Assembly (NCBI RefSeq): GCF_000143415.4
Contig: NW_003314266.1
Coordinates: forward strand, 952,463 to 1,016,462
Direction: 5' to 3'
Length of the DNA: 64,000 bases
Source of the DNA: Selaginella moellendorffii
Taxonomy: Eukaryota; Plantae; Lycopodiophyta
The notes under the pieces are model-generated. The model worked only from the letters and a program-made list of their open reading frames with translations. It was not told the origin of the DNA and searched no databases. Positions 26,957 through 38,967 of this stretch are shown piece by piece. A program made the position numbers and the translations under genes. How positions within the stretch are numbered: position 1 is the stretch's first letter; each line of letters starts with the position of its first letter.

Positions 26957-29900
26957 ATGGTAAGTCTTTTAGGCCAAGTAGAAAATGGCATGAGGCCACA
27001 TGCCATTCAGTAGCAACATTGGCATGCACCGATTGGGCTCTCGAGTGCAGTCCGGTTACAGATGGCGTGTAGCCTCACGCCATCTTAGGATGCAGCCTCA
27101 AGACATCTGATGCAGTGGTGAATGGCGTGTGGCCTCACGTTATTTCCAGCTGCTAGCTTTTCATCTATCAGCTCTAATTGTTGTGCATTTCTGAACAGGC
27201 GAGGAATTGCGTTCTTCTTCCAGCCACTGTCAATGTGGATGCAGAAAAGGGGGAGGAGCTCACCAGTTGGACTTTCGGGATGGAAGGCGAGGATCTGATG
27301 CTGTACAACACAGATGGTGAGAGAAAAGAATGCATGGGGATCCTCATCCAAGTGACAGACACTCCATGCAGTTCCCTGCAAGAATATGGACTGGCACTTG
27401 TGGTAGAGATAGCATCCGCCTTCAAGATCCACCTTGCACATCCTAGCGGCTTCCCGGAGGGGGGCAGCGGCTATGAGGAATTCCTAGAGGGAGCTAGGGA
27501 GAGGTTGTCCAGGAGGCCCACAATTTCAAAGACGCTGCGGGTCTATGAAGATCACATGGAATCCACAGACCTCACCTACGGCGATGTTCAAAAACTATAT
27601 TCCAACATTGAGCCGTTGAGAGTGCCTCCAGTTCGCGAAGCGAAGGGGAAGGGGGTCGATCTAGAAACTACCCCGAAGCTGAAAAGGGTGGTCAAGCTCA
27701 AGCCGACGTCCGACTCTGCTGCTCCAAAAAAGAAGCTACTCGGTGATGCCATTGCCTCGGGTTCGAACACTACACCCACCAAAAAGAAGAGCCGCAAAGA
27801 GCAGAAAGAGCAAAAAGAGGCAGTAAAAATCGTCGCAGATAATAGTACTTGTTACTATTCCAACAAAGTATATACAATCGACGTGAGCCGTATCGACATC
27901 CAGAGCAAATACAACCACAGGCTAGTATCTGATGAGTGGGTGGAGAAACTGAAGCAGAAGATGCTGGCAAGTCCAGTAACACCCGACATCGCAGACGTGA
28001 TCCCCTACTACCAAACAATGAAGGGCGAGACGAGGTTTCCAAACTTGATCAATAGGAAGGTGTTGGACGATCAAAACATCCGGTTCTATGCCGTCTCCGG
28101 GCAGCATTCTAGCTTGGCGATGCAAGAGATAGTTCTGGATATTATGGTGGGCGAGGAGGTGAAGAAAGTCTTCAAGACAAGAGTTGTCCGCCTGATAAAA
28201 GGCAACTCGCCCCTCCGATCTATCATATCCATCTCCCACGCGCAGAATGTCAAGCAAGAAACGTGCTACAAATCGGGTCTGCACGAGACATTGGCACGAA
28301 CACGGAAGCTCTGGGTTCAACTGAAGAAGCCACAAAAACCAGGACAAGGACGTGCACTAGCAACTAGCGCCTGGCAGGTAAGCCTCGTTGCATGTGGCAT
28401 AGCATGTGGCCTCACGCCATTTCCATTGCAGGAATTCTCGAGTCTTCTCTCGAAAACACTGGGGGTCAATGACACACTCAGCATCCACAACATTCTACTT
28501 GCGACAAAAGTTGTTTTCGACAAATGGGTAGATGTGCTGAGGAGGTACCATGACGGGGAGTTGCTAAACTCAATGGGTGTGGAGGACGGCCGGAAGCCCA
28601 ATGATTTGAAGCTCAACGCCTTGCGTTTCTCGCGGTCTCTAGACGACGACAACCTTCTGACAGTGGCTAATGCTCTTCTACGTGGTGAGGTAGTCTTCAA
28701 CAAGACCAAAATGACTCCCGGCCATATTGTGACATACGAGGACTTGTGCATGACTCTGAGAGCTCGTGCGCTATTGAAGGATTGGATCTTTGAGCAAGTG
28801 GCCGTGGAGAGGGTGAGCATCGACACCACGCAAGAGATGATGGAAGAGCTGGAGTTGTCAAATGAAGACATCGATGAGTACGTGAAGGGGGCCCCCAAGT
28901 TCATCGATCTGCTGCGGGATGCCATGAAAAGTAAAGCTAAGAAGTTGGATCAGTATCCAAATTTCATTAAGAGGGATGTCGACCGCCGGCTTCAGAAACA
29001 GCTTGACCCCGCAGTAGAGGCCTATCGAGAACCTTACCGGGTATACGTGAATTCAGATGAGGATCAAAGGTGGAGGAGCATCGTTTCCCGCGGAGATGAG
29101 CAGGTCAAGAGCATCTTTTGTGTGATGGACTTCACAAACGAAGAGATCACTCATGCAGATGAAGTCAGCTCCATCATTGACTTAATGGTGGGACTTGCGG
29201 AGGTGGAATCTTCAGTCCACTATATGATCTACGACTCCGAATCCTATCACAAGTTCTGGAAGGCCTTGAACGAGGTGAAGGCTCGGTTGAAAGGCAAGGA
29301 GATGCGGGAGATCCATGGGATAATGGCTAAGAAGAAGATACTGACGAATGTCCGCATCTTCACACTCGCCCTTGTTATTGGTCCTGCAGTAGAGTGGGAC
29401 TAGAGTGACTTCCCAGCTTCGTTCGACAAGGCCGATCGAATTGATCTGAGGGAGGTCAATTTACCCGTGCCTGAGGAACTGAAGACGGCTATGGAGCTTT
29501 TGAATCCAAAGAAAGCTCCAGGTGCAGCATGGGAAATGCTCAGTTGGGTCTTCAACGCAATAGCGGGTGACACCAAGGGCAAATGCGTTGTCGAGTACAA
29601 CTGCGGCGGACTATTCTTTCGAGCCGCACTACTCAAGGGTGTCCCGTGTGTTGCGGTGACAAACTCCATTGAAGAGGTGACTTCAATGGAGCATATAATT
29701 ACAGTTGCCAAAGAAAAACAGTATCTTCTCTGCGAACCTGGTGAGTACGCACTTTAAGTTTAAATGTTATCTCACAAGCTCTGTATGCAGGAGCGTGGCC
29801 ACCCCCAGATGCTGAAACGGCGTTAACAGCTACTGATGTTAGGCCGAGCTCACAACCTGCACAAGGTAAGGTCACGTGAGGCCTCACGCCATTTTGATTA

Positions 29901-32526
29901 TAGATCGTTGTGAATATTCAGACACGAGGACTGAAAAGCGCATTGGTGGCGCGTCGAAGAAGGACAAACAGACAAGCAATAGGAAAAAAGGAGGTACAAA
30001 TTATATTTGCAATGGCGTGTGGTCTCATGCCATTCCTTGCAGGAGACACTTCTTCAAAGGCAAAACAGGCAAGCACCAGCCAAGCTCAAACTGACAATGG
30101 TCATAAAAAGCGAAAGCACGTTGGACAGTCGTCGGGATCAGAGGCGTTTGATTTGAAAAGGAAGAAGGGCAACGAAAAGATGATAGGTAATGCCTCGCGG
30201 TTATGGCGTGTGTGCTCATGCCATTCATTGCAGATCAAGGGCTGAGTGAAAGGAGCCAGTCACCACCTCCTGACTCAGATTCCTATGGCGGACTCCCCTT
30301 CCCCAATCTCAATGGAGAGGTACAATGGATGAGGGATGCTTTTCAAGTCAGGGCCACGTTTTTCTCATCTCGTCGTCTTCGAAGGGTGCAAGAACGTGCA
30401 GAAACCATGTTAAGACAGTCGGGTGAGGATACGGTCCTAGGTCAAGCACTGAAACAGGCTATGGATGTCTTGTATTTTGAGATGGAGACTCGGCCAGATG
30501 ATTTTCCCAAGATGGTCCTGGAAAAACAAGCCATCCAGCCTGAGCAGCCTATGGAAGAAATGCAGGAGGGGGATGAGGAGCCAGAGAAAGATAATGAGCA
30601 GGAAGAGCAGAAGGACGAAGAGGAGGACAAAGAAGAGGAGGACGAAGAAGAGGAGGACGAAGAGGACTTGGATGGTCCTCACAATGGTGACGATCACAAT
30701 AACGACGATGACGATGATGGCCAGCCTGAGGTGGCCAAAGAGCAGCGGAGGAAGGTCATACAAGACAAACCATCAGGTAAATAATAGTACATCCATTCCT
30801 AACCTTTTACCATTTCTAACATTGTCCATGTAGGTCGCAGAAGAAATGGTAAGTAGAGATTATTCAGTTGAATTAAGATACAAACTCTAGCCTTTAGTGT
30901 CGAGGAAGGATAGTGCCAAGCAAGGGTCGAAACGTATGTCCAATCCTTCAGAATCAGCAGTGCGCCCAATAGCAGTTGATGGTAAATACAGTATAGTCGA
31001 TTCAATGTGCTAATGAGTTTGTTTTTAGTAGCCAGTAGGGAGGATACCATCTCAATCGAAGGGAGATATTTGGACATGCATATGGATCCGCCAGTGGACT
31101 CTACTTGCCTGCAAGCGTCATCAGAGTTGGTGGAGGCTACTATCCATATCAACGCCAAGCAAGCTGACCACGCTCCACTTGATGCTGCCCATACCACTGA
31201 GTCAATCTTGTCCACGTATCCAACTGACGGTGACCAGGCGCCATTGGACCCGCATAAGGCCGCCCCAGCCGCCGAGCCGGTCGTATCCTCATTTCCAACG
31301 GACTCAACGTGTGCCCAATCGTCTGACTACGCGCCGTTGGAACCTCCCTACACCGCCCCTGCTGCCTGTTCGGTCATGTCCACTTTGCCAACGGAGGCAC
31401 CAGCTGAAATGGCGTGTGATCACACGCCATCGGAACCACCCCATGCCACTGTTGAGCCAGTTGTACCAGAGTCTACAGCTGAAATGGCATGTGCCCACAC
31501 GCCATCGGATGCGATTGACCCCACATTGCAAAGGAGAGTATTTCCGCCCTTCACGTTTCCTCGACCAAAACCCTCTGAACGACCATCGGGAGCACCATTC
31601 GCTAATATTGTAGATGGTAAAATTGACTTGTACCATTTTTTATGCTGACGCATTTCATTTCAGAGTCACGGCGAAAGTACTGTATCGTTTTTGATCTGAA
31701 CGGTGTCCTTTTCTCCCATGAGCGTGGCTCGTCCTCGAATGTCACTGCACCCTCCAAAGCCTGCAGTTGCAAGTTGGTCAAAAGAGACAGATTCACATTA
31801 ATCACACGGGAGAAACTGCGGGATCTAATAATGACCATGCGACACTTAAAACAGAGGGCCGGGTTCAATTTGCAATTGGGAGTTTGGACATCCATGATGC
31901 GCCACAATGCATTAACGTTGCTACAGATGATGCACGATCAGACGCGAGTAATATTACCATTTGACTTTCTCCTAACGCAGGAGGATTGCTTGACTATGGT
32001 CCATGTGAGGGGTAGCAAGCCCATCTTCGTCAAGCCAGAGGCTGTAGTGATGAACCGGACTGCTAGGTCAAGTGAAATCCTCATCATCGATGACTCGCCG
32101 ATTAAAATTGCAGCGAACACGCACACATATGCAGTGCACCCCATCTCTTGCAGTATGGAAACTAGGGAGAAGAAACCGTATGTTCTGGGGGACCTTGCAA
32201 AACGGCTTGAAGCGATGGTGATAGAGAACCGGCCAGTCCAGGAGGTGGCTGCAGAAATCAACCAAATGGCAGATGGAACGGTATATCAGAAGCCATTTGA
32301 TCGGACAGACACCAGTCATCATTTATGGCATGTATATTGTCTAACCAAGCACTATCCGCATCTCCATAATCTGCTCAACCAGATGGGTTCTTCGACCACT
32401 GAACATGAGCGTGGACGTATTAGAGAAGAGATGGCATTACTATTGGGTTTAAATCCTGATAGTGTGGAGAGTGATGAAATTCCAAGATTATTGTATAGGC
32501 GTTGGAGGCAAAAAATAACAGTTTGA
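26957..32526 (+). pseudogene. Multi-exon transposon cargo gene: ParB-like domain, degenerate N6/N4 DNA-MTase-like fold, acidic and Pro-rich linkers, FCP1/NIF HAD phosphatase; in-frame TAG at 29401-29403
   Basis: ATG|gt at 26957-26961 can splice in frame to 27199. GT-AG introns at 28378-28431, 29741-29790, 29866-29921, 29994-30042, 30187-30233 and 31617-31663 keep the frame. Splicing between 30777 and ~31030 is not fully resolved. Confidence 0.62.
31664..32526 (+). CDS. FCP1/NIF-like HAD phosphatase domain (terminal exon)
   Basis: CIVFDLNGVL (motif I), LGVWTSMMRHNA (motif II), PIFVKP (motif III), ILIIDDSPIK (motif IV). Confidence 0.75.
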
Positions 32527-32972
32527 GATGGCATGTATTTATTTAAAAATGTAACTTATTATGGCATGGGGTTCCATGCCATTGTATTAATATTAAAAGA
32601 CAATTCTTTGAGAGGATTTGCATTATACTAGAAGTGTTACAGCATGTTATTGGAAATCTACGAAGTTGTTTTATTAATAAGGGGAAAGTAAAGATTGAAT
32701 GGGGACTTGGGCTCCACCTAGACTCGGAGCAACTAAGCCAATATTAAAAGGATGGAAAGAAATTGGACGACGATGACAAAGAGAAGAGAGAGGTGAAGCA
32801 GTGGCAGAGGGAGGAGAAGTGATTGAGTAGACATTTCCTTGTTTAAAATAAAATAGCATGTGCCTCAATGCAGTTGAATTTTGTTATATTTATATACTAT
32901 ATAAAGGTTTGGAAACCTTATTTTACAAGTGGGATAATGACAATTCCCACTTTAACGAAATAGAGCTTATTA

Positions 32973-33306
32973 GTACTCTAACTCGGTCTCGGACTTGGTC
33001 TCGGACTCGATCTCGGACTTGATCTCAGACCTGATCTTGGACTCGACTTCGGACCCGACTTCGGACTCGGTCTCGAACCCGATCTCGGATCTTGGACTCT
33101 GTCTCGAACTCGGTCTCGAACTCAGCTTCGAACTCGGTCTCTAAGTCGGCCTCGGACTCGAACCCGGACTCTATCTCGAACTCGGTCTCAGAGTCAGTCT
33201 TAGACTCGATCTCAGACTCGGTCCCATCCGATGAACTCTTTGTCATTTCGGTCATGCTTTCGGGGATCTTTTAGCTTACGACACCTTGGGGAGTTGGTTC
33301 CTTACA
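32973..33306 (-). repeat. 5' LTR, segment 2
   Basis: Continues the LTR after the TSD and ends gagttggttccttaca, as at 14149. Confidence 0.88.
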
Positions 33307-36300
33307 CAAAGTTGTTGATAACTATAACTGAAATAAAATCTAGAGCTATGGCATAAGCATTAGTTGACTATGGAATCCCAATGAACCAATTGCAACTTCG
33401 TGTACAACTACTAAACTCTTAAACTAACTTTGAAGTCATAACTTTGAATTAAAGAAAGAGACTTAGAGAACCACTATAGTTTATAAAATACCATTGTAAC
33501 AACTGATACCTCCCCTGTTTAAGTCTACCTATTGATAATTGTCTGAGACCACCATTAACTCGGACTTAAGACCACAAGTAGAACAACTATTGTCCTCATC
33601 TAACACTACACATAGGAAGTCAAACTCACTCTATTTGTCCCCCAGATCCTCCTTATCACCTTCTCGAAGGAAAAAAGTTTTGAAGCATTAGTTCCATCTA
33701 GATTTACTATATTCATCCTTATTTTACAATCCATATCATTCGTCCTCACTCCACTACCATATTTGTTTGTCCTCACTCCATTGTCAGGGCCAGACTCCTA
33801 TCCGTCCCCTCCGAAGAAAAAAACAATTTGAAGTGTTGAGGCAAAAAGGAAAAAATGAGAAAAATTAAGGAAAAACAATTGTGGAAGAAGAAAAAGTGGA
33901 TAAAGAAACATAAAAAAAAGAATTTGTAATAGCTGGCAATGTAGAAATGGGGAAATCAAAATAAAGACATATGCTCAAAGCTTAGAAAATAAGGGACTTT
34001 CTATTATAAAATACTTTAGCCACTATAATATAAGTAAAAGATTCACACTGCTCAACCTTCTTAACACACAATTTAACACTTGAGATTGAGAAATTAATAA
34101 TAACGTCCACACTCTCAAGGGAATATATAAACTCCTCAAAGGCTCTTAACAGCACTCACAAGTGAGGATATGCATTCAACTTGAAACTCTGGCCAAAGTG
34201 ATTTGAATATTCAACACTAAAACTGATCAAAGACTTTACCAATGAAACGAAAGCAAGATTCTCAACTCATGAATACACCCAACATCTAAATTAGTATAAA
34301 GAGGACATAAAACACTAAACTCAATACTAGATTGAGAATGAGAATTATCAAAGTCATAAATGATGGACATGCCAAGAGAAGAAAACACTATAAATGAGGA
34401 AGAAATACTAGGAACATGAGAAGATGGCTCAGGCCGACAAATAAGAAAAGGTTAGGAAAGAGTAGAAAGTAAAGAGAAAGGATTAAATAGCAAATTGAAA
34501 GATTAATACCTACCACACGAAATCTCCATTTCATCTCCAAAACTATCTTTATAATAATTAAGTTCTTCATCACAATTCAGAATCTATTCGAGCTTATAAA
34601 CATTGTCTTCCCATAAATTTAATCTTCGAACATTTTCCAAGAACTAAACTGCATCATCCATAACTTGTCAATCAATGTCACAATTATGTTCCATATCAAT
34701 GAAAGATGGCAAAACACTAAAAATAAAATAAGTTGTGTACAACACACCAAGGATGGGTGTAACACCAACATAATTACATCCCATAGCACCAAAAGTTTGA
34801 TCCAATAGAGCAACATTGGCAACTTCAAATGATATACTCTTTGATCGATGATGGTGTGACATGGTAGAAGAAGAAAATGCAATGAAGATTAGAAGAAGAG
34901 TAAATTTAAGCACAACAATAGCTAAAATTCTAGATTTGCAAAAAGTTAATATAAATCTAAAATTAAAAAAGAATGAACAAATAAGAAAAAAAAAACCATA
35001 ATCCCAAACACTAGTACAAAGTGTTACAAAAAACTTTTGCCCTTTAAAGATAAATTGCAATGCCCTTCACCTCCACTAATAAAGCCTGAGTGGCTGTAAA
35101 AGATTAACTGATTTTGGTGATTTTAGCTAGAAAGTGTATCTACCATTGTAGTTTTTAAAGTGGGTAAAAGTAATTGAATTAATTGAATCATAAATTTTGT
35201 GGGATTTGTGGTCATCCCTGGAAAAAAATTATGAGCTACAATTCCTTTCTATACTTTGCCTTTTAGATGATTGCCTCCAATGTGGGAGATCATTGGTGGT
35301 TTTGCAACGGAGTTGATCGGTGCTGTTGTCTCCAAAATTAAAGAGTAGACCACTCTCTGCAAGAACGATAGACAAACGATCTGGCTTGAGGAAGAACGAT
35401 TTTGATGCTTACGCATCGCAGGAAGGAAGAACCCTAAATGCATCCACCTAGGCGCTGACGTGTTCAAACTATGTGGCACTGGAGGTGAGCCACGTCATTA
35501 TAATGTTTCCTAGGGTTTTAGAAAGCGCTCTTGCTGTCCGGCATTGCATTCTCGGTCGAAATCAGTGCGTTCTCGGCCAAAATCTATGCTCCGCTTGGTC
35601 AGCGCTTCACTTTCTTGACAACTCTCTGCACGATTGGTTAGTTCTTTGCACGATTAGGGAATATTTCCAGGTTTTCATGGTCGATCGCGCAGCAGCAGCG
35701 CCAAATGCAGGAGAGCAATGCCGCCAGGAAGATCCGCAAGCCATACACCATCACAAAGTCGCGCGAGAGCTGGACGGAGCACTACAAATTCCTTGAGGCG
35801 CTTCAACTGTGAGTTCCTCTCGTCTTTTTCTTGCACAATCATGGCCAAGAAGTAAGGGCAAAGATTATAGGGTAGAGTACGTTCTTTCCCTCTCGAGCAT
35901 CACCATGCTGATCTTTCTTGTAGGCATCGAGAGCAGGGGATGGGTTTTGCCACTTTGCTACTGCAACTACGTCTTGTCCAAGCTGGACGAGGTGAGTGTT
36001 CTGGTATCCTTCTAGACTTGTTTGATTCGGATTTTTCTTTCCAGTTGATGGCAAATGCTGCGACGACTGAGTGGGAGGATCAAGAGGAAACACTGGCACG
36101 TCTAACACGTAAGTTTTGGAGAGTTGGATCTCTATCTTTTTTTGGAGAGTAGGAACCCAACCGTTATCCAGGATCTACGAGCTCGTGACAGAACACCCTA
36201 AGTTAACTTACTGGATCTCTTGGACGTGACCAAGATCTTGCTGGAGCTAGTCTACTCCTGGCTGCTGCTTCAGCTCGGGCGCAACGAGCAATCCCTCGTT

Positions 36301-37106
36301 TGGCTCGCGCGACTAGAGAGTCAAGCTCTAGCCAGCACCGCCACCACTGGATAACAGGTGGAGAAGTTTTTCTTGTTTCTCCTGGACAACTTCAATTACG
36401 AGGATCGGCCAGATCACGCTAGCTTAGCGAGGCTGAGACAAATCCACGATAGCTTGAGCAGCAGCCTGGTCAGGATCGAATGGAAGTCAACGAATGTATT
36501 GCCTGGTGTCCTCCAGATGCTCGAGGTACTGTGAGTTCATCAGACGTGGTGTCCAAACTCTTTTTTCTTTGTCCTTCTAGGAGCTCATGATACCCTGTCG
36601 ACGCGAGTGAGCTCCTCGGCCGCCTTGTCCACACCTTCTGTGAAAAATTGTAATAGCAATCTGAAAAATGACCAACTCAATTCCAACAAAAAAATCCAGA
36701 AAGATTACTCCAACAAGAAAAGTGGGGTGGTAAAATTTTGGCCACCAGATATCATTGAACACTATTTGAAGTGGTGAAATCATGGTTATTGTGGATGAAT
36801 ATTTTCCATAAATTTTTTAAAAATCACGGTCAAAAGCCGGCAGTGTCTGAGTCCCTCTGGTCTTCAGTTTTGGAGTGGAAAGATAACCATTCCATTGTTG
36901 TATTGAACATATGTATGGATAACAACCAACTTTGGAGAGTACTACAAGCTTCAGATTCTCATAAACCATGTGATCCAGCTGTGCAATGTTTTTGCTAGTG
37001 AAAGGCATTACTGCACTGCAAATCATGTATGAATATTGCTTTCAATACTTGGAATGTTCAGGTACCAATATCCAATAATCCAGATGTATATGTAGGTTTC
37101 ATACCT

Positions 37107-37439
37107 TAAATAAAGAACTTCAAAAATGCTTGAAGGGTGACGTTTTCTTTCTTTTGAAGGCTACCTTTCACTTCGAGAGTTTATTAAAAGATAAGTGTAA
37201 AATACAATCAAATTTAATAATGTTTTATAAGCATAAATATAATAGATTTACACACAAATTACAGTGTTATTGATCCAAGTCTAGCTACAACCAAGTTTTG
37301 GAAACTCTATTAAATAAAGAACTTCAAAAATTCTTGAAGGGTGCCGTTTTTTCTTTCTTTTGGAGGGATCTACCTTTCACTTTAAGAGTTTATTAAAAGA
37401 TATAGTCTTCAAAGTGTAAAATATAATCAAATTTAATAA
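37107..37439 (+). repeat. ~200-bp tandem duplication; the second unit is interrupted by Helitrons and resumes at 43201-43630
   Basis: taaataaagaacttcaaaaa..ctacctttcact..caaatttaataa occurs twice. ttttataagcataaatataataga and acagtgttatt..agtctagctacaaccaagttttggaaa recur after 43200. Confidence 0.8.
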
Positions 37440-38452
37440 TCTATAATAATAAGAACGAAGAACCCACACCCCCGCAGCCGTCCGATCCCAGGCCCGGGGC
37501 AGCCTCGGAAGCCATGGTTCTCGGCAAGGGGAGGCCAGCCCAGGCTCGGGCCAGGGCCGGTGGCCATGGTTGGCGGGAATATCGGCTCAATGTTGTGGCG
37601 GCCAATGGGCGGGATGCACGCGTGGCCGGGAAGGGAAGAGGGCGTGGTGACAAGTGTTATGCCATGCACTCCTAGGGCTCCATGGCTGCTCTGGTCGGAC
37701 ACGGTTGTGTGGGCATTCCCGTGAGAGCCTGTGCGTGGTAAGTAACAGGGGCGAGAGTAATGGTAGGATCAACGAGGCCTAGGCGAAGCAGGAGATGCTG
37801 GCTTACCAGGCCCTGTGCCAAGCCGAGCTCATGAGGTCGGAGAAGACGCCCCACCGGACACAACCTGGCACCGCTCCCAATCACCAAGAAGTCGAAATAT
37901 TTCGTCGAGCTTCCATCCAGACGTGTTCTTGAATGGCGGCCATTCTGGTGTGAGGAAATCCTCCCATTTGCGGCAGCGTTCGGTATGATCCCTGTTGGAG
38001 ATCTGCGTCTTTACCAGTGGATTCATAGAACGCTACTCTTTGAAGGTATGGCATGGAGTCCCTCTTTTGCATTAGAGCGAATGTTGTGAAGGGGAGCTGA
38101 CACCTCTCTGTGGGATTTGCAGGCGAGAGAAGATGTACCTCGGTGATTTTCACTTGAAAGTCGTCCATTTTCATCTTCACCCCGTTGAAGATCCAAGCTC
38201 GAACTCGCAGTGACAAGCAAAGCAGCACAGGGACTCCTAGAGGCTCGGGGATATTATATTCTAAACAACACGCACGGATTGATTGGAGTCAAGTCATGTC
38301 ACACAAGCAGACGAGACGATGGACTCTGGATATTAACACGTAAGGTGGTACACAGGATTAATTCGTTTTGACTTTCTCACTGAACTTCGCCATTGTTTCA
38401 AGAGGAAGGAACACCGTGACTTCAATGGCTTTCCCACCTCTCGGTGACGGGT

Positions 38453-38967
38453 NNNNNNNNNNNNNNNNNNNNNNNNNNNNNNNNNNNNNNNNNNNNNNNN
38501 NNNNNNNNNNNNNNNNNNNNNNNNNNNNNNNNNNNNNNNNNNNNNNNNNNNNNNNNNNNNNNNNNNNNNNNNNNNNNNNNNNNNNNNNNNNNNNNNNNNN
38601 NNNNNNNNNNNNNNNNNNNNNNNNNNNNNNNNNNNNNNNNNNNNNNNNNNNNNNNNNNNNNNNNNNNNNNNNNNNNNNNNNNNNNNNNNNNNNNNNNNNN
38701 NNNNNNNNNNNNNNNNNNNNNNNNNNNNNNNNNNNNNNNNNNNNNNNNNNNNNNNNNNNNNNNNNNNNNNNNNNNNNNNNNNNNNNNNNNNNNNNNNNNN
38801 NNNNNNNNNNNNNNNNNNNNNNNNNNNNNNNNNNNNNNNNNNNNNNNNNNNNNNNNNNNNNNNNNNNNNNNNNNNNNNNNNNNNNNNNNNNNNNNNNNNN
38901 NNNNNNNNNNNNNNNNNNNNNNNNNNNNNNNNNNNNNNNNNNNNNNNNNNNNNNNNNNNNNNNNNNN
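38453..38967. other. Assembly gap (N run)
   Basis: 515 N. Confidence 1.

Larger units (their letters stand above)
20152..32968. mobile_element. Complete Sola-like DNA transposon, copy B (12,817 bp)
   Basis: Perfect 24-bp TIRs aagctctatttcgttaaagtggga (20152-20175 / 32945-32968). 4-bp TSD ATTA (20148-20151 / 32969-32972). The uninterrupted site gacctgtattagtact is visible in the other LTR at ~13745-13760. Confidence 0.93.
12964..33306 (-). mobile_element. Ty3/gypsy chromovirus LTR retrotransposon (decayed); 5' LTR split by copy B
   Basis: Two LTRs, gag-PR-RT-RH-IN-chromodomain order, PBS and PPT. 5-bp TSD taaag (12959-12963) / caaag (33307-33311), one mismatch. Confidence 0.9.

Noticed and set aside
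26509-26963. Arg/Ala/His-rich ORFs in several frames
   Set aside because: They derive from ctcgca/ctcgcg simple repeats upstream of the cargo gene.
20378-32583. Palindromes as a CRISPR array or MITE family
   Set aside because: Irregular spacing, no cas genes, eukaryotic context, and no TSDs seen around individual copies.
33900-36620. Coding-like fragments and splice-like signals after the gypsy element; possible end of the old transposon
   Set aside because: No recognisable motifs, many stops, and no TIR could be matched.
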